Source: Candidatus Latescibacterota bacterium (GTDB taxonomy: Bacteria; Latescibacterota; UBA2968; UBA8231). Taken from it: DNA of 64,000 nt. The stretch's first letter is position 1. Every line of letters starts with the position of its first letter. Location: assembly GCA_965223905.1 (NCBI GenBank), contig CBDCXV010000010.1, positions 384,001 to 448,000 on the forward strand, read 5' to 3'. The position numbers and the translations under genes are program-made. Of the stretch, positions 50,685 to 60,509 are shown in pieces. A model generated the notes under the pieces. It was not told the origin of the DNA, searched no databases, and saw nothing but the letters and a program-made list of their open reading frames with translations.

Positions 50685-51223
50685 TCCGCGGCGTTCGGCT
50701 GCGGTTTCCGGCGATTTTCGAGCTCGGCTATGACGATTTCGGCGAGCCTTTCCGTCCGTAGCGCCGCATCCAATACCAGACCGGCGCACTCGCGGTAGAC
50801 CGGGTCGCGCTCGGCAAGAAGCTCCTCCACCTCCTGAAAGCCGCCACCGGCGAGGTTCGGCCTCGTCGAGGCGCTCCTGGGATCCGCCTGCATCCGTTCC
50901 CACAACCCCTCGGCGCTCAGCTCCAGGTAGACGACGAGGGCGTCGCGGCAGGCGTGCCGGCGATTCTCCGGCTTGCCGAGGGTGCCGGCCCCGAAGGAGA
51001 TCACGCATTCGTCGCCGGCGCACATCTCCTCGACGACCTCGGCCTCGATTTCGCGGAAGCGGCCGTCCCCTACCAGCAGCCACAGCCCGGCCAGGGTTTC
51101 TCCCGGAAAGCGGGCCTCGATGCCGCGGTCGATGTCGAACAGCGGCCACCCGAGCCGCCGCGACAGCTCGCGGCCCAACGTCGACTTCCCCGAGGCGCGG
51201 TAGCCGATCAGGGCGATCTTCAT
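50669..51223 (-). CDS. aroK: Shikimate kinase
   Basis: IALIGYRASGKSTLG, DID, FREIE, TRPNL, ERDPVY. Confidence 0.85.
   Translation of the reverse strand: MKIALIGYRASGKSTLGRELSRRLGWPLFDIDRGIEARFPGETLAGLWLLVGDGRFREIEAEVVEEMCAGDECVISFGAGTLGKPENRRHACRDALVVYLELSAEGLWERMQADPRSASTRPNLAGGGFQEVEELLAERDPVYRECAGLVLDAALRTERLAEIVIAELENRRKPQPNAADQFQR
51157..51222. repeat. ~66-bp direct repeat copy 1 (aroK 5' end)
   Basis: Near-identical to 51934-51999. Confidence 0.9.
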
Positions 51224-51263
51224 CGCACGAACTTCCTTTTCGCAGCCCGTCCCATACGATTCC

Positions 51264-51560
51264 TCAGTAGTGGTAGCGTGCCTGCAGGAAATCTATTCGC
51301 CCTTCGCTTGCCATGTACACCAGGCGATGCTCTTCCGTAAGACGCCGCGACCAGGTTCCGGACGGGAGGTAATTGAGGGGTTCCGGTTTGCCGATGCCTG
51401 AGAATGGGTCGCGGAGCACGGCCTGTATCAGGTCGAAGGCGCGCAGGCTGACCTTGCGGTTGGTGCTTACCCAGTAACGCAGATCTTCGACGAATTCGGG
51501 ATGGAATACCCCTGTCCACTCGCGAGTGGAAGGTGCGCCCCTACTCGTCCTCTTGGACAA
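51264..51560 (-). CDS. yoeB: YoeB/Txe toxin
   Basis: EDLRYW...DPFSGIGKPEPL...WSRRLTEEHRLVY...QARYHY. Exact start uncertain. Confidence 0.92.
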   Translation of the reverse strand: MSKRTSRGAPSTREWTGVFHPEFVEDLRYWVSTNRKVSLRAFDLIQAVLRDPFSGIGKPEPLNYLPSGTWSRRLTEEHRLVYMASEGRIDFLQARYHY

Positions 51561-51831
51561 GCCCGAGTTCCCTGCGGAGATCTTCTACGGAAGAAGGAGA
51601 CAACGCCCGGCTCTGTGCGCGGTCGATAGCCGTAAGAAGACGTTGGGCGTTTTTGGGCGATCTGAGGAGATGAGCGGTCTCGAGGAGGCTGGCTAATTCG
51701 GCGGCCGAAACCAGCGCGACATCCTCGGCGTTGCGCCGCCGTATGATCACGGGCTCGCGCGTGGAGGCGACTTCGGCGCAGAGCGATGCGAACTCGGCTC
51801 TGGCCTGGGTATAGGTCGTTATGGTGGTCAT
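51541..51831 (-). CDS. yefM: YefM/Phd antitoxin
   Basis: TYTQARAEF...EPVIIRR...SLLETAHLLRSPKNAQRL. Confidence 0.92.
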   Translation of the reverse strand: MTTITTYTQARAEFASLCAEVASTREPVIIRRRNAEDVALVSAAELASLLETAHLLRSPKNAQRLLTAIDRAQSRALSPSSVEDLRRELGLVQEDE

Positions 51832-51848
51832 TTTGATTCTCCCGATAA

Positions 51849-51890
51849 ACATGTACAGGTATATTGTACATGTCGAGAAAATCACGTCAA
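51849..51890 (-). promoter_or_regulatory. yefM-yoeB promoter and operator
   Basis: TTGACG-N16-TACAAT on the minus strand, overlapped by two TGTACA hexamers (51852, 51865) inside an inverted repeat; TGTACA is the known YefM operator core. Confidence 0.75.
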
Positions 51891-51933
51891 GGTGCCGGCA
51901 GGCATGCCTCCGCCCGCGCAGCGGCCCCGGCCG

Positions 51934-51999
51934 GCCGCGACAGCTCGCGGCCCCAACGTCGACTTCCCCGAGGCGCGGTACCGGTCAGGGCGATCTTCA
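51934..51999. repeat. ~66-bp direct repeat copy 2 (degenerate former aroK 5' end)
   Basis: Begins GTG AAG ATC GCC CTG directly after the osmC-like stop; carries indels relative to copy 1. Confidence 0.9.
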
Positions 52000-52001
52000 C
52001 T

Positions 52002-52475
52002 TCACACGTCCTGCATGTCCAGCTCGGTCGTGATGTCGATGCTGCCGGCCAGCGACCGCGCCACCGGACAGTAGGCCACGTGCGCCTTCATCACCCGCTC
52101 CGCCTTGTCGCGGTTCCCCGCGTCGATCTTCAGGCGGTACTTCACGTGAATCCGCTTGATGACCAGCACGCCCCCTTCCTTCTCGATCTCGCCGCTCGCC
52201 TCGGACGAGAGCATCCCTTCGCCGGCAGGTACGTCGCGCGCCTCCAGCGCGCCCCCGAAGGTTCCGGTCAGTCACCCGGCCGCGGCAGCCACCACGTAGT
52301 CGAGGGTGGTGGCGTGCGGCTCGACGACGTCGAGGTCGACCCCGTAGTGCGTGGCGACCTCGGAGTGAACGCCGAACATAACCGGCACCGGCTCCACGGG
52401 CAGGGTGGCGCGACGCAGCGGCCCCTTCACCCTCTCTATACCGACTCTCGACGTGTACGCGACTTCTGCGGCCAT
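52002..52475 (-). CDS. OsmC/Ohr-family protein, probable selenoprotein (in-frame TGA at 52272-52274)
   Basis: RBS aggag; ...TTLDYVVAAAAG-TGA-LTGTFGGALEAR...HVAYCPVARSL. Both halves are in one frame (157 codons). Confidence 0.8.
52222..52271 (-). promoter_or_regulatory. Putative bacterial SECIS hairpin
   Basis: GCGCGC-UGGAG-GCGCGC (52252-52236); the loop starts 26 nt after the UGA and has G at loop position 2. Confidence 0.6.
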
Positions 52476-52639
52476 TCCGTTCGCTCCTGGTGAAGTATGG
52501 TTTTCGTTCCCCGGATCATTCGCCGACCTACAGGGACCGGTTGCGGGTTCCGCCGGCATCCCTGCGGATGCAGGTTTGACTGCCCGCACCCGGGCACCCT
52601 GTTTGTCGGTGCCAACTTTTCACTACGAAGGAACAGAAA

Positions 52640-53554
52640 ATGAACCAGTTCAAGGGGGTCGTTCCCGCTCTCGTCACCCCGATGCGGGCCGACGGCAGCC
52701 TGCACGAGGAGAGCCTGCGGCGGATCCTGGAATTCAACATCGCCGCGGGCGTTCACGGCTTCTGGGTCGCCGGCGGCACCGGGGAGAGCGTGCTGCTCGA
52801 CGACGAGGAGAACCGGCGCATCGCCGGCATCGCCGCCGAGGTCTGCCGCGGCAGGGCCGTACACATCCACCACGTCGGGGCTCTCACCACGCGCCGGGCC
52901 GCGGCTCTGGCAGAGCACGCCGCCGGTGCCGGGGCGGATGCGATCTGCTGCGTGCCTCCGTTCTTCTACGCCCGCAGCGAGGAGGAGATCGTCGAGCACT
53001 ACCGCGCCGTGGCCGCGGCCGCGGACCTGCCCTTCTTCTGCTACAACGTGCCGGGCTTCACCAACGTCGAGATCACCGCCGACCTGATGAAAAAGCTGCA
53101 GGATGCGGTTCCCCAGCTGACCGGCCTCAAGCACTCGGCGCCGAACTTTCACAACATCCGCGTCTTCTCCTCCATGGGGCTGGCGACCTTCACCGGCTCC
53201 TGCCACTGGATGCTCCCGGCCATGACCACTGGAGCCGTCGGCTGCGTCGACGGCCCGCCGAACATCGCCCCCGAATTCTGGGTGGCGATCTGGGAGGCCT
53301 TTCAGACAGGAGACATCGAGGCGGCGCGCCGGGCGCAAACCCGGGCCTCGAATGTGGTCGAGGCTCTGATCACCCTGTTCAGAGGCAGCGGGTTCGTCGC
53401 CATATGCAAGCACGTGCTCGGGCGGCGGCTCGGGATCGAGTGCGGCGATCCGCGGCGGCCGGCCCTGCCCCTGAGCGACGAACAGCGGGGCGCGGTCGAC
53501 CGCGCCCTCGAGCAGCTGGCGCTGGAGCCGGCTTTAACCGTTAGCGAAGCCTGA
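52640..53554 (+). CDS. DHDPS/N-acetylneuraminate lyase family aldolase
   Basis: GVVPALVTP, GGTGE, YNVP, GLKHS. Confidence 0.9.
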   Translation: MNQFKGVVPALVTPMRADGSLHEESLRRILEFNIAAGVHGFWVAGGTGESVLLDDEENRRIAGIAAEVCRGRAVHIHHVGALTTRRAAALAEHAAGAGADAICCVPPFFYARSEEEIVEHYRAVAAAADLPFFCYNVPGFTNVEITADLMKKLQDAVPQLTGLKHSAPNFHNIRVFSSMGLATFTGSCHWMLPAMTTGAVGCVDGPPNIAPEFWVAIWEAFQTGDIEAARRAQTRASNVVEALITLFRGSGFVAICKHVLGRRLGIECGDPRRPALPLSDEQRGAVDRALEQLALEPALTVSEA

Positions 53555-54429
53555 TGATGATCAACTTTCACGCCTCTTCCTTCACCTGGGAGAGCCGCCC
53601 CCACGAACCGGACCCCTTTTACAAGTATGTGGGCGGATTCGTCGGCGAAGACGGGGACGTGTACCACGTCCGCTTCAACCTTCAGTCCGCCTGCCGGATC
53701 CGCGAGCCGGGTGCCTCCGGCGGACTGGAGCTGTTTCTCGGCTCTCCCTGCCGCAGCGAGTACACCATCGCCGACAGCAACCTCTTTCAGATACCCAGCG
53801 GGGAGTGGCGCATGCCGTTCAGCCGCGAGGGGTCCTACACCATCGCCGCGCGTCCCAGCTGGGAACAGGAGCCGTCGCGAATGAGGCCGCACGCGGAAGC
53901 GCGGGCTGGCCACCGCATCGTCATCCGCTGTTTCGACGGCGGCGAAGAGCTCACCACACGCCAGGAGATCGTCGATGCCTCCCTCGGCGACGACCTGCTG
54001 AACGGAGTCTGCACCTGGCGGGACGAGGCGCGCGGCCTCGAGGTGACCGTCGAGTTCCCGGTCAACCTCATCAACGTCAACACCGACCCGCCGCAGTTCC
54101 AGGTCTGCACCGGGCCGATCCTGCTGCCGGATCTCGGCACCTGGGACGGCGCCGACCTCAGGCGGATCTTCGTCGCCGACGTCGCCTTCACCCGCTTCGA
54201 CCGCGTCGAGTTCATCCTGCGGCGGGAAGTGGAGGCAGCCGATTCGGAGAAGGACTGGCTCGACCGGCCGCGCGGGCGGGACCGCCAGGAGCTGATCGAC
54301 CCTGCCAATGCCCCCGAGGGGTACCCTCCCGGGCGGCCGAAGCCGACGGTGTTCAACGAGGTGTGGGACCTCGAATCGACCAACCTGCTGCTGCGGGTGG
54401 AAAACGGCTATTCGACCCGGAGGTCCTGA
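53554..54429 (+). CDS. Hypothetical protein, translationally coupled to the aldolase
   Basis: TGATG overlap; codon usage matches the host; no recognised motif. Confidence 0.7.
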   Translation: MMINFHASSFTWESRPHEPDPFYKYVGGFVGEDGDVYHVRFNLQSACRIREPGASGGLELFLGSPCRSEYTIADSNLFQIPSGEWRMPFSREGSYTIAARPSWEQEPSRMRPHAEARAGHRIVIRCFDGGEELTTRQEIVDASLGDDLLNGVCTWRDEARGLEVTVEFPVNLINVNTDPPQFQVCTGPILLPDLGTWDGADLRRIFVADVAFTRFDRVEFILRREVEAADSEKDWLDRPRGRDRQELIDPANAPEGYPPGRPKPTVFNEVWDLESTNLLLRVENGYSTRRS

Positions 54430-54663
54430 GTGGGGGGGGAGGCAGGCCTGACGGGTCAACGGAAAACGGAGGGCCCTGCTTGCGTTGGGGAATGCAGATG
54501 GGGCAGGGACATGCGAACGATGCGGTTACACCACTCCTTGGCCACCCTGGTTGCAGGATCAACCGCAGTATCTACCGGCTGAAGCCACGACGGGGACCTG
54601 CGGTGCGCTGGCGAATGGATCACCCGCAGAGGATGCAAGGACCGGCCCAGGAACGATGGCCGC

Positions 54664-55593
54664 TTAAACGCTGTTCAGGAACTCAGCCTCCGCGGCCAGC
54701 ACCTGCTCCGGCGACAGCTCCCGCGCGCTCGAGGTCACCCCGCACTTCATGCCGATGAAGCAGGAGTCGTCCGCGGCCTGGAGCGCCTCGGCGCAGGCGC
54801 GGCCGTCCGCGGCGGTGAAGCCGCTGCCCGGGTCGAGGTGGGAGTTGTGGGCGTCGGCGAACCCGTCAGGCGTCGGATTCGCCCCCGACAGGATCACCCC
54901 TCCGAGCGGCACCGGGGAAGCGAGCACCTGCTCGACGACCTCGAGGGGCCGGTCGCCGTTGATCAGCAGCCTGCCCCAGTTGAGGACCAGCGAGACCGGC
55001 CGGCCGGAGTGGTTCTTGTTGGTCGCGAACACCACATCGATCAGCTTATCCGTAGTCAGCGAGGCCTTCTTGGCCCCCGGAAACGGAATGGGGTGCTCAG
55101 GCGGCAGGCTGTCGGTCACCTCGACGGCCAGCTCGCAGTCCGGCAGAGCCTCGGCCGCCGCTTCACAGAGCTGGATCAAGCTCAGGGCGAAGTAAACCGC
55201 GTGCCCGGCCTCGCTGCCGGTCGCCTGCCCGGTGTGGAGCTCGAGGGCGCGGATGCCGATCCCCCGGTACTGAAGGGCCCGGCACTCCTCGATGACGGAC
55301 TTGACGTCGAGCAGGGCTTCGCGGCGCAGCCCTTCGTCGAGGGACGAGAGCCCGTACCCGGGGTTCTCCTGCCCCTTGGTCGCCCACTGGGCCACCATGG
55401 TGACCACCAGGGAGGCGGAGCCCGCGGCCAGCGCCTCGACGAGCTCCGGAGCCAGGGGCACTCCTCCCAGCAGCGGAATCTCGAAGGTGTCGATCTTCCA
55501 CTCGCTGCACGCCCTGGCGTACCACTCCGCCTGCTCGGCAGGGGCCAGCGCCCCCACCGCTGCGTACGCTCCCAGCACTTTGTCGGATATCAC
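54664..55593 (-). CDS. DUF4862-like TIM-barrel protein
   Basis: GAYAA start, YGLSSLDE, LELH, KKASL, LNWGR pattern. Confidence 0.65.
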   Translation of the reverse strand: MISDKVLGAYAAVGALAPAEQAEWYARACSEWKIDTFEIPLLGGVPLAPELVEALAAGSASLVVTMVAQWATKGQENPGYGLSSLDEGLRREALLDVKSVIEECRALQYRGIGIRALELHTGQATGSEAGHAVYFALSLIQLCEAAAEALPDCELAVEVTDSLPPEHPIPFPGAKKASLTTDKLIDVVFATNKNHSGRPVSLVLNWGRLLINGDRPLEVVEQVLASPVPLGGVILSGANPTPDGFADAHNSHLDPGSGFTAADGRACAEALQAADDSCFIGMKCGVTSSARELSPEQVLAAEAEFLNSV

Positions 55594-55596
55594 GGC

Positions 55597-56748
55597 TCAG
55601 GCTCCTTTCGGGTCGGGTAGTCTCCACCTGCTCCAGAGAAACGCGCACTTGTCCCCGGCTGACCGGGGTTTCTGGTAATAGGCGGTCAGTATGCTGCCGT
55701 CGTCCAGCTCGACGCTCGACGGGTACCCGAGGTCGCCGTCGGGACCGTCGTCGCGCAGGATGTAGTCGTACTGCCAGCTCTCCCCCTGGTCGCAGCTGAT
55801 CATGGCGCGCTCGCCGTACGGTTCGCGGCGGCGCCCGTAGGTCCCCACCAGGGCCCCGCTCGAGTGCGCGAGCAGGTGCGGCGGGCTGCCGTGGAAGTTC
55901 ATCGGTTCCGCCCGCGTCCAGGTGACCCCGCCGTCGTTCGATTCGGTGTACATCTGCATGAACCGCTCCAGCCCGAGGTCCGCGGGATCGGCCCCTTCCC
56001 TGGCGGACTCGAGGCGTATCAGCCCCACCAGCTTGCCGCCGGGCAGCTCGGCGACGTGGGGTTCGTGGTAGTTCCCCTCCTCGGTCCCGGCGAACGGGGG
56101 CACCGTTCCGAGCGGCTCCCAGGTGCGGCCGAAGTCCCTGCTCCTCATGGCGGCGATGGCGCCGATGCCGGCGGAGAAGCCGGCCATGTCCACTTCGAAC
56201 AGCTTGCCGAAATACAGCAGCTCCCCGTTGGCGAGCAGGATCGGCCCGTGCGGCGCCGTCTGGGCCACCCGGATCGCGGAGGACCAGGTGTCGCCGCCAT
56301 CCTCGCTCGTCCGGCACCAGGCCCCGACCCATTCCCCGGCATCCGGGGCCCCGGCCCGCAGCAACCCCTGCTCCCACAGGCGCCGCTGCTCCTCGTCGAG
56401 ATCCCCGGAGCGGCGCTCGAGCTGCCTGCGGTTTTCGGTGGTGAACCAGGTCAGCATCAGGCGCCGGCCGCCGCAGCTGAGGATGCCGGTGTCGCGGTCG
56501 TCGAGCGGCGAGTCGTTGACGACGCGCGGGCTCGACCAGGTGCGGCCTTCGTCCGCGCTGGTGAAGAAGACGCTGCGCCCGAACGGGCAGACGTGCTCGT
56601 TGCGCAGGCCGGAAGCCGCGGCGACGATCGTACCGTCCGGCATGCGCGCGATCGTCGGCCAGCCGAAGTAGCCGTAAAAGTCGTCGGGGTAGCTGGCTAT
56701 GACGCCGTGCTCGGCTGCGATCCTGCGGTTTGTCCGGGTGAGCTCCAC
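55597..56748 (-). CDS. BNR/Asp-box sialidase-like protein
   Basis: Five Asp boxes (SADEGRTW, SEDGGDTW, SRDFGRTW, SNDGGVTW, SCDQGESW); DLGYPS; GTG start after aggagg. Confidence 0.85.
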   Translation of the reverse strand: MELTRTNRRIAAEHGVIASYPDDFYGYFGWPTIARMPDGTIVAAASGLRNEHVCPFGRSVFFTSADEGRTWSSPRVVNDSPLDDRDTGILSCGGRRLMLTWFTTENRRQLERRSGDLDEEQRRLWEQGLLRAGAPDAGEWVGAWCRTSEDGGDTWSSAIRVAQTAPHGPILLANGELLYFGKLFEVDMAGFSAGIGAIAAMRSRDFGRTWEPLGTVPPFAGTEEGNYHEPHVAELPGGKLVGLIRLESAREGADPADLGLERFMQMYTESNDGGVTWTRAEPMNFHGSPPHLLAHSSGALVGTYGRRREPYGERAMISCDQGESWQYDYILRDDGPDGDLGYPSSVELDDGSILTAYYQKPRSAGDKCAFLWSRWRLPDPKGA

Positions 56749-56922
56749 GCCTTGTTTCCCCTCCTGGGCGGGGATACCTTCTGCCGCTCCTGATCCATTG
56801 CGCGCGAGGTGCGCGAGCGGGCGGCATAACATCGCCGCTCCCCCGGCGCGACGCAAAGCACAGCGGCGCCTCAGTCCGCGGCGCGAAAAACCCGCCAATT
56901 CCCCGAGGAATCGAGAACCCGA

Positions 56923-57828
56923 ATGAGCCGAGCCAGCGCAGCATACGCCCGCATGAAGGGGCCGGTAGTGCCCCTCAACATCTGCTTCGACGAGGACGGC
57001 ACCATCGACTACGGGGCGGTCTCCGCCTACGTCTCCTGGCTCGCCGGACAGCAGGTCCCGATCCTGCTGCTGACCTACGGCAGCAGCGAGTTCGCCGCCC
57101 TCAGCGACGACGAGGTGTACCGCCTGACCGAGGTCGTCGGGGCCGGCAACGACGGCCGCTCGCTCTTCATCGCCTCGACGAAGTACTGGAAGCCGTCCGA
57201 AACCCGGAAGTTCCTCGCCCACGCCGACGCCGCCGGCGCCGACGCCGTCAAGGTGCAGGTCGACGGCTACAACCAGACCGCTGCGGCCCTGCCCCGCTAC
57301 TTCGACCAGATCGAGGGGGTCAACGACATGCCGCTGCTGCTGTGGACGATCACGCAGCCGATGCTTCCGGTCGAGACCGCGGTCGAGCTCTCGCAGCGTC
57401 CGGACATCATCGGCATGAAGAACGACGCCGACATGTTCGCCGCCTACTACGACTACACGCGCGGCTCCGCGGGCAACCAGTTCGGGGTCATCAGCGGCGG
57501 CCAGATGCGCAACTTCGCCTTCGGCTACAAGTTCGGCTCCCCCGCCTACCTCTGTCCGATCGCCCCCTTCCGGCCGGCGGTGGCCCTGCAGTTCTACCAG
57601 CGCCTGGCCGACGGCGACGACGACGGGGCTTGGGAGATCGTGTTCAGGTACGAGGAGCCGTTCCTCAACTGGGCGGTTAGCAAAAACTGGCTCGGGGTGA
57701 TGAAATCCTCCATTCAGCTGCTCGGCTTCTACCCCAACAACCTCCCGGGACCGCCGCAGCCGCCGCCGGACCCGGGGCTGCTCGACGAGGTCCGCGCCCG
57801 CATCGACGAGCTCTTCCCGCCGGCATAG
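56923..57828 (+). CDS. Divergent DHDPS-family aldolase
   Basis: GPVVPL, GSSEF, GADAV, IIGMKND. Confidence 0.8.
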   Translation: MSRASAAYARMKGPVVPLNICFDEDGTIDYGAVSAYVSWLAGQQVPILLLTYGSSEFAALSDDEVYRLTEVVGAGNDGRSLFIASTKYWKPSETRKFLAHADAAGADAVKVQVDGYNQTAAALPRYFDQIEGVNDMPLLLWTITQPMLPVETAVELSQRPDIIGMKNDADMFAAYYDYTRGSAGNQFGVISGGQMRNFAFGYKFGSPAYLCPIAPFRPAVALQFYQRLADGDDDGAWEIVFRYEEPFLNWAVSKNWLGVMKSSIQLLGFYPNNLPGPPQPPPDPGLLDEVRARIDELFPPA

Positions 57829-57836
57829 GCCCACCG

Positions 57837-59441
57837 ATGGAAAAACCCGGGTTCCCGCGCATCATCTTCACCGACGACGGCTGGATCTTCAGCTCGGACC
57901 CGCCGGTCTCCGAGGCCGACCTGCGCGACAAGGTGGTCGCCGGGTACGCCGGCACCGGCGGCGCCCTCTGGTGGTCGACGGGCGATCACGAGGTCTACCA
58001 GTTCGAAACCGGGATCGGCGAGATCTTCGGAGCCGAACAGCCCTCCCTGGAAAACCTCGAGGAGCTGTATTCCTTCGTGCACTCGGCCGGCGGGGACGAC
58101 TCCTACCCGAAGGTAGCCGCCAACGTGCGCTCCCTGATCGAGGAGTGCGGGGGCCCGCTGACGGCGATGCTGAGGCTCTGCCGCGAGAGCGGAATCCCGT
58201 TCTTTCCGCGCGTGCGCATGAACAGCCACTACGTCATCGACCCCCGCCACCCGGGGTACGGCAACTACCGTCGCCGCCACCCCGACCGCCTGATCGCCCG
58301 CCCCGGAGAGCGCTTCGCCGAGGGCACCATCGAGCACGGCATCGGCACCGGCCTCGACTACGCCCACCCCGGCAACCGCGCCTTCGTCACCGGCATCATC
58401 TGCGAGTGCTTCGAGCGCTTCGACGTCGACGGCGTCGAGCTCGACTTCATGCGCCACCCGGCCTTCTTCCGCGTCGAGGAGGGGTACGCCAACCGCCACT
58501 TCATGACCGGCCTGGTGCGGGAGGTGCGCGCCCGCATGCGCGCGGTCTCGGACGATCAAGGCCGCCCCATGCTGCTCGGGGTCCGGGTGCCGCCGGGGAT
58601 CGCCGACTGCAACCGCGTCGGCCTCGACGTCGTCCGCTGGCTCGAGGAGGGCCTCGTCGACATCGTCGTCGTCGGGGGCGGTTTCATCTCCTTCGAGACC
58701 CCGGTGGAGGAGTTCGTCGCCGCGGCGGCCGGAACCGGCGCCCTGGTGTACGGCTGCATCGAGGCGACCCGGGACAGCGACGACCGCAAGCTGCGCGCCC
58801 TGGCCTGCCGCTGGCTCAACGACGGCGCCGACGGGGTCTATCTCTACAACTTCTACACCCGCTCGCCCGGGTGGAACCGCCGCATCGCCTCCGAGCTGAC
58901 CGACCTTGAAAAACTCCGGCGGCTCGACAAGCGCTACGAGCTCGAAACCACCGGCTCCGCGTACGGCTCCTCCGGGAACAGCAGCGCTTTCTCGCTGGCG
59001 CAGTCGCAGACACAGTTGCCGGTGCGGCTGCAGCCGAACTACCCCGGCGAGGGACCGGTCCTGCGGCTGGCCGTCGCCGACGATCTCCAAGCGGCGCGGG
59101 AGGCCGGCGAGCTCGGCCCCTGCCGGCTGACCCTGCGTTTCGACGCCCTGGAGGAGAGCGACTCCCTGTCCGTCCGCCTCAACGGTGCCGAGCTCAACTG
59201 GAGCGGGGCCGAGGTCTCCTTCGACGGCTGGGAAGAGCTGACCGCGGCATCGCTGTTCTGGCTGAGCTACCCCGCCGAGCCGGTGGAGCAGCACGTCGAT
59301 GGGGCGAGCGCCTCGTTCGCGGCAACCACCCCGCCGCTGCGGCAGGGAGAGAACGTGATCGAGGTCCGCCTGCTCTCGGACTCCCGCGCCCCCGACCGCC
59401 ACGTCTCCCTGATCGGCGTCGAGATCGATCTCACCTTCTGA
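57837..59441 (+). CDS. Putative glycoside-hydrolase-like TIM-barrel protein
   Basis: RVRMN.H, LDYAHP, FDVDGVELDFMRHP, GADGVYLYNF, LRQGENVI. Confidence 0.65.
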   Translation: MEKPGFPRIIFTDDGWIFSSDPPVSEADLRDKVVAGYAGTGGALWWSTGDHEVYQFETGIGEIFGAEQPSLENLEELYSFVHSAGGDDSYPKVAANVRSLIEECGGPLTAMLRLCRESGIPFFPRVRMNSHYVIDPRHPGYGNYRRRHPDRLIARPGERFAEGTIEHGIGTGLDYAHPGNRAFVTGIICECFERFDVDGVELDFMRHPAFFRVEEGYANRHFMTGLVREVRARMRAVSDDQGRPMLLGVRVPPGIADCNRVGLDVVRWLEEGLVDIVVVGGGFISFETPVEEFVAAAAGTGALVYGCIEATRDSDDRKLRALACRWLNDGADGVYLYNFYTRSPGWNRRIASELTDLEKLRRLDKRYELETTGSAYGSSGNSSAFSLAQSQTQLPVRLQPNYPGEGPVLRLAVADDLQAAREAGELGPCRLTLRFDALEESDSLSVRLNGAELNWSGAEVSFDGWEELTAASLFWLSYPAEPVEQHVDGASASFAATTPPLRQGENVIEVRLLSDSRAPDRHVSLIGVEIDLTF

Positions 59442-59460
59442 AGCGGCGGCAGGAAGGACA

Positions 59461-60429
59461 ATGCCCAACCCGCTTCCCCCCGGAATCCGCCCCGCGTTTC
59501 CGCAGCACACCCCGGCCGGCCGCATCCACGCCAGGTTCCTGGAGCTTCTCGGACTGGACCGCGTGCCCGAGGCGGTCGATTCGACCGTGGAAGCCGTAGC
59601 GGACGACGGGGTTCACCGGGAACTGTGTGTTTCGTATGTGAACTCGCTCGGCGAAACCCTGACAGGTACCGCGCTCGTGCCGCTCGATCCATCCGGGGGC
59701 CGGATACCCGGGGTCGTCTGCATGCACGGAACCGGCGGCACCACGGCGAACGTGCTCGCCGGGAAGCTCGAGATCGACCCGGACAGCGGGCAGCTGCGGG
59801 GATGGGGCCGCGAGCTGGCCAACCGCGGGTACGCGACCATTGCGGTTTCCCTCAAAGGGTCCGTGGTGCGCCGCGGCACCGCCGAAGCCTGGGAAGAGGA
59901 GGCGAAGCTGCTCGAGGCGTACGGCCGCCCCCATGCCGGAATCGTCGCCGAGGAAGCCCTGCTGGCGGCGCGCGCCCTGGCCGGCCTCTCCGAAGTCGAC
60001 GGAGCACGCATCGGCCTGACCGGCATGTCCCTGGGCGGCATGGCCACCTGGACGGCCATGGCCTGCGATCCCATCATCCGCGCCGGCGCCGCGGTCTGCG
60101 GCGTGCTGGGCAGCCTGTCCCGCCTGATCCACGAGGGCAACATCCAGCGCCACAGCTCCCTGGTCTTCGTGCCCCACCTGCTGCGCTATTTCGACCACGG
60201 CGACATCGTCGCCGGCTGCATCGCCCCCCGCCCCTTCATGGCCGTCGCCCCCCTCGAGGACGTCGACATGCCGCGGGCCGCGGTCGACGATTTCGTCCGC
60301 ACGGTCGCGCCGGCATACTCCGAGGCAGGGGACCGGTTCCTCGTGCACCGGCCTCCGGGCGGTCACTTCTTCACGTTGGAGGCGTTCGAACAGGTGGTCG
60401 CCTGGTTCGACCGCTTCCTCCGGCAGTGA
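59461..60429 (+). CDS. Alpha/beta hydrolase (dienelactone hydrolase/acetylesterase-like)
   Basis: CMHG, RIGLTGMSLGG nucleophile elbow, APRP..D, GGHFF. Confidence 0.85.
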   Translation: MPNPLPPGIRPAFPQHTPAGRIHARFLELLGLDRVPEAVDSTVEAVADDGVHRELCVSYVNSLGETLTGTALVPLDPSGGRIPGVVCMHGTGGTTANVLAGKLEIDPDSGQLRGWGRELANRGYATIAVSLKGSVVRRGTAEAWEEEAKLLEAYGRPHAGIVAEEALLAARALAGLSEVDGARIGLTGMSLGGMATWTAMACDPIIRAGAAVCGVLGSLSRLIHEGNIQRHSSLVFVPHLLRYFDHGDIVAGCIAPRPFMAVAPLEDVDMPRAAVDDFVRTVAPAYSEAGDRFLVHRPPGGHFFTLEAFEQVVAWFDRFLRQ

Positions 60430-60509
60430 TTTCCAGGGCCCCCCGCAACAGGATGATGCCGGTAGAAACCGAATCACTGATTTCGAAGCGCTGAATCGAG
60501 CGGTGCAAA

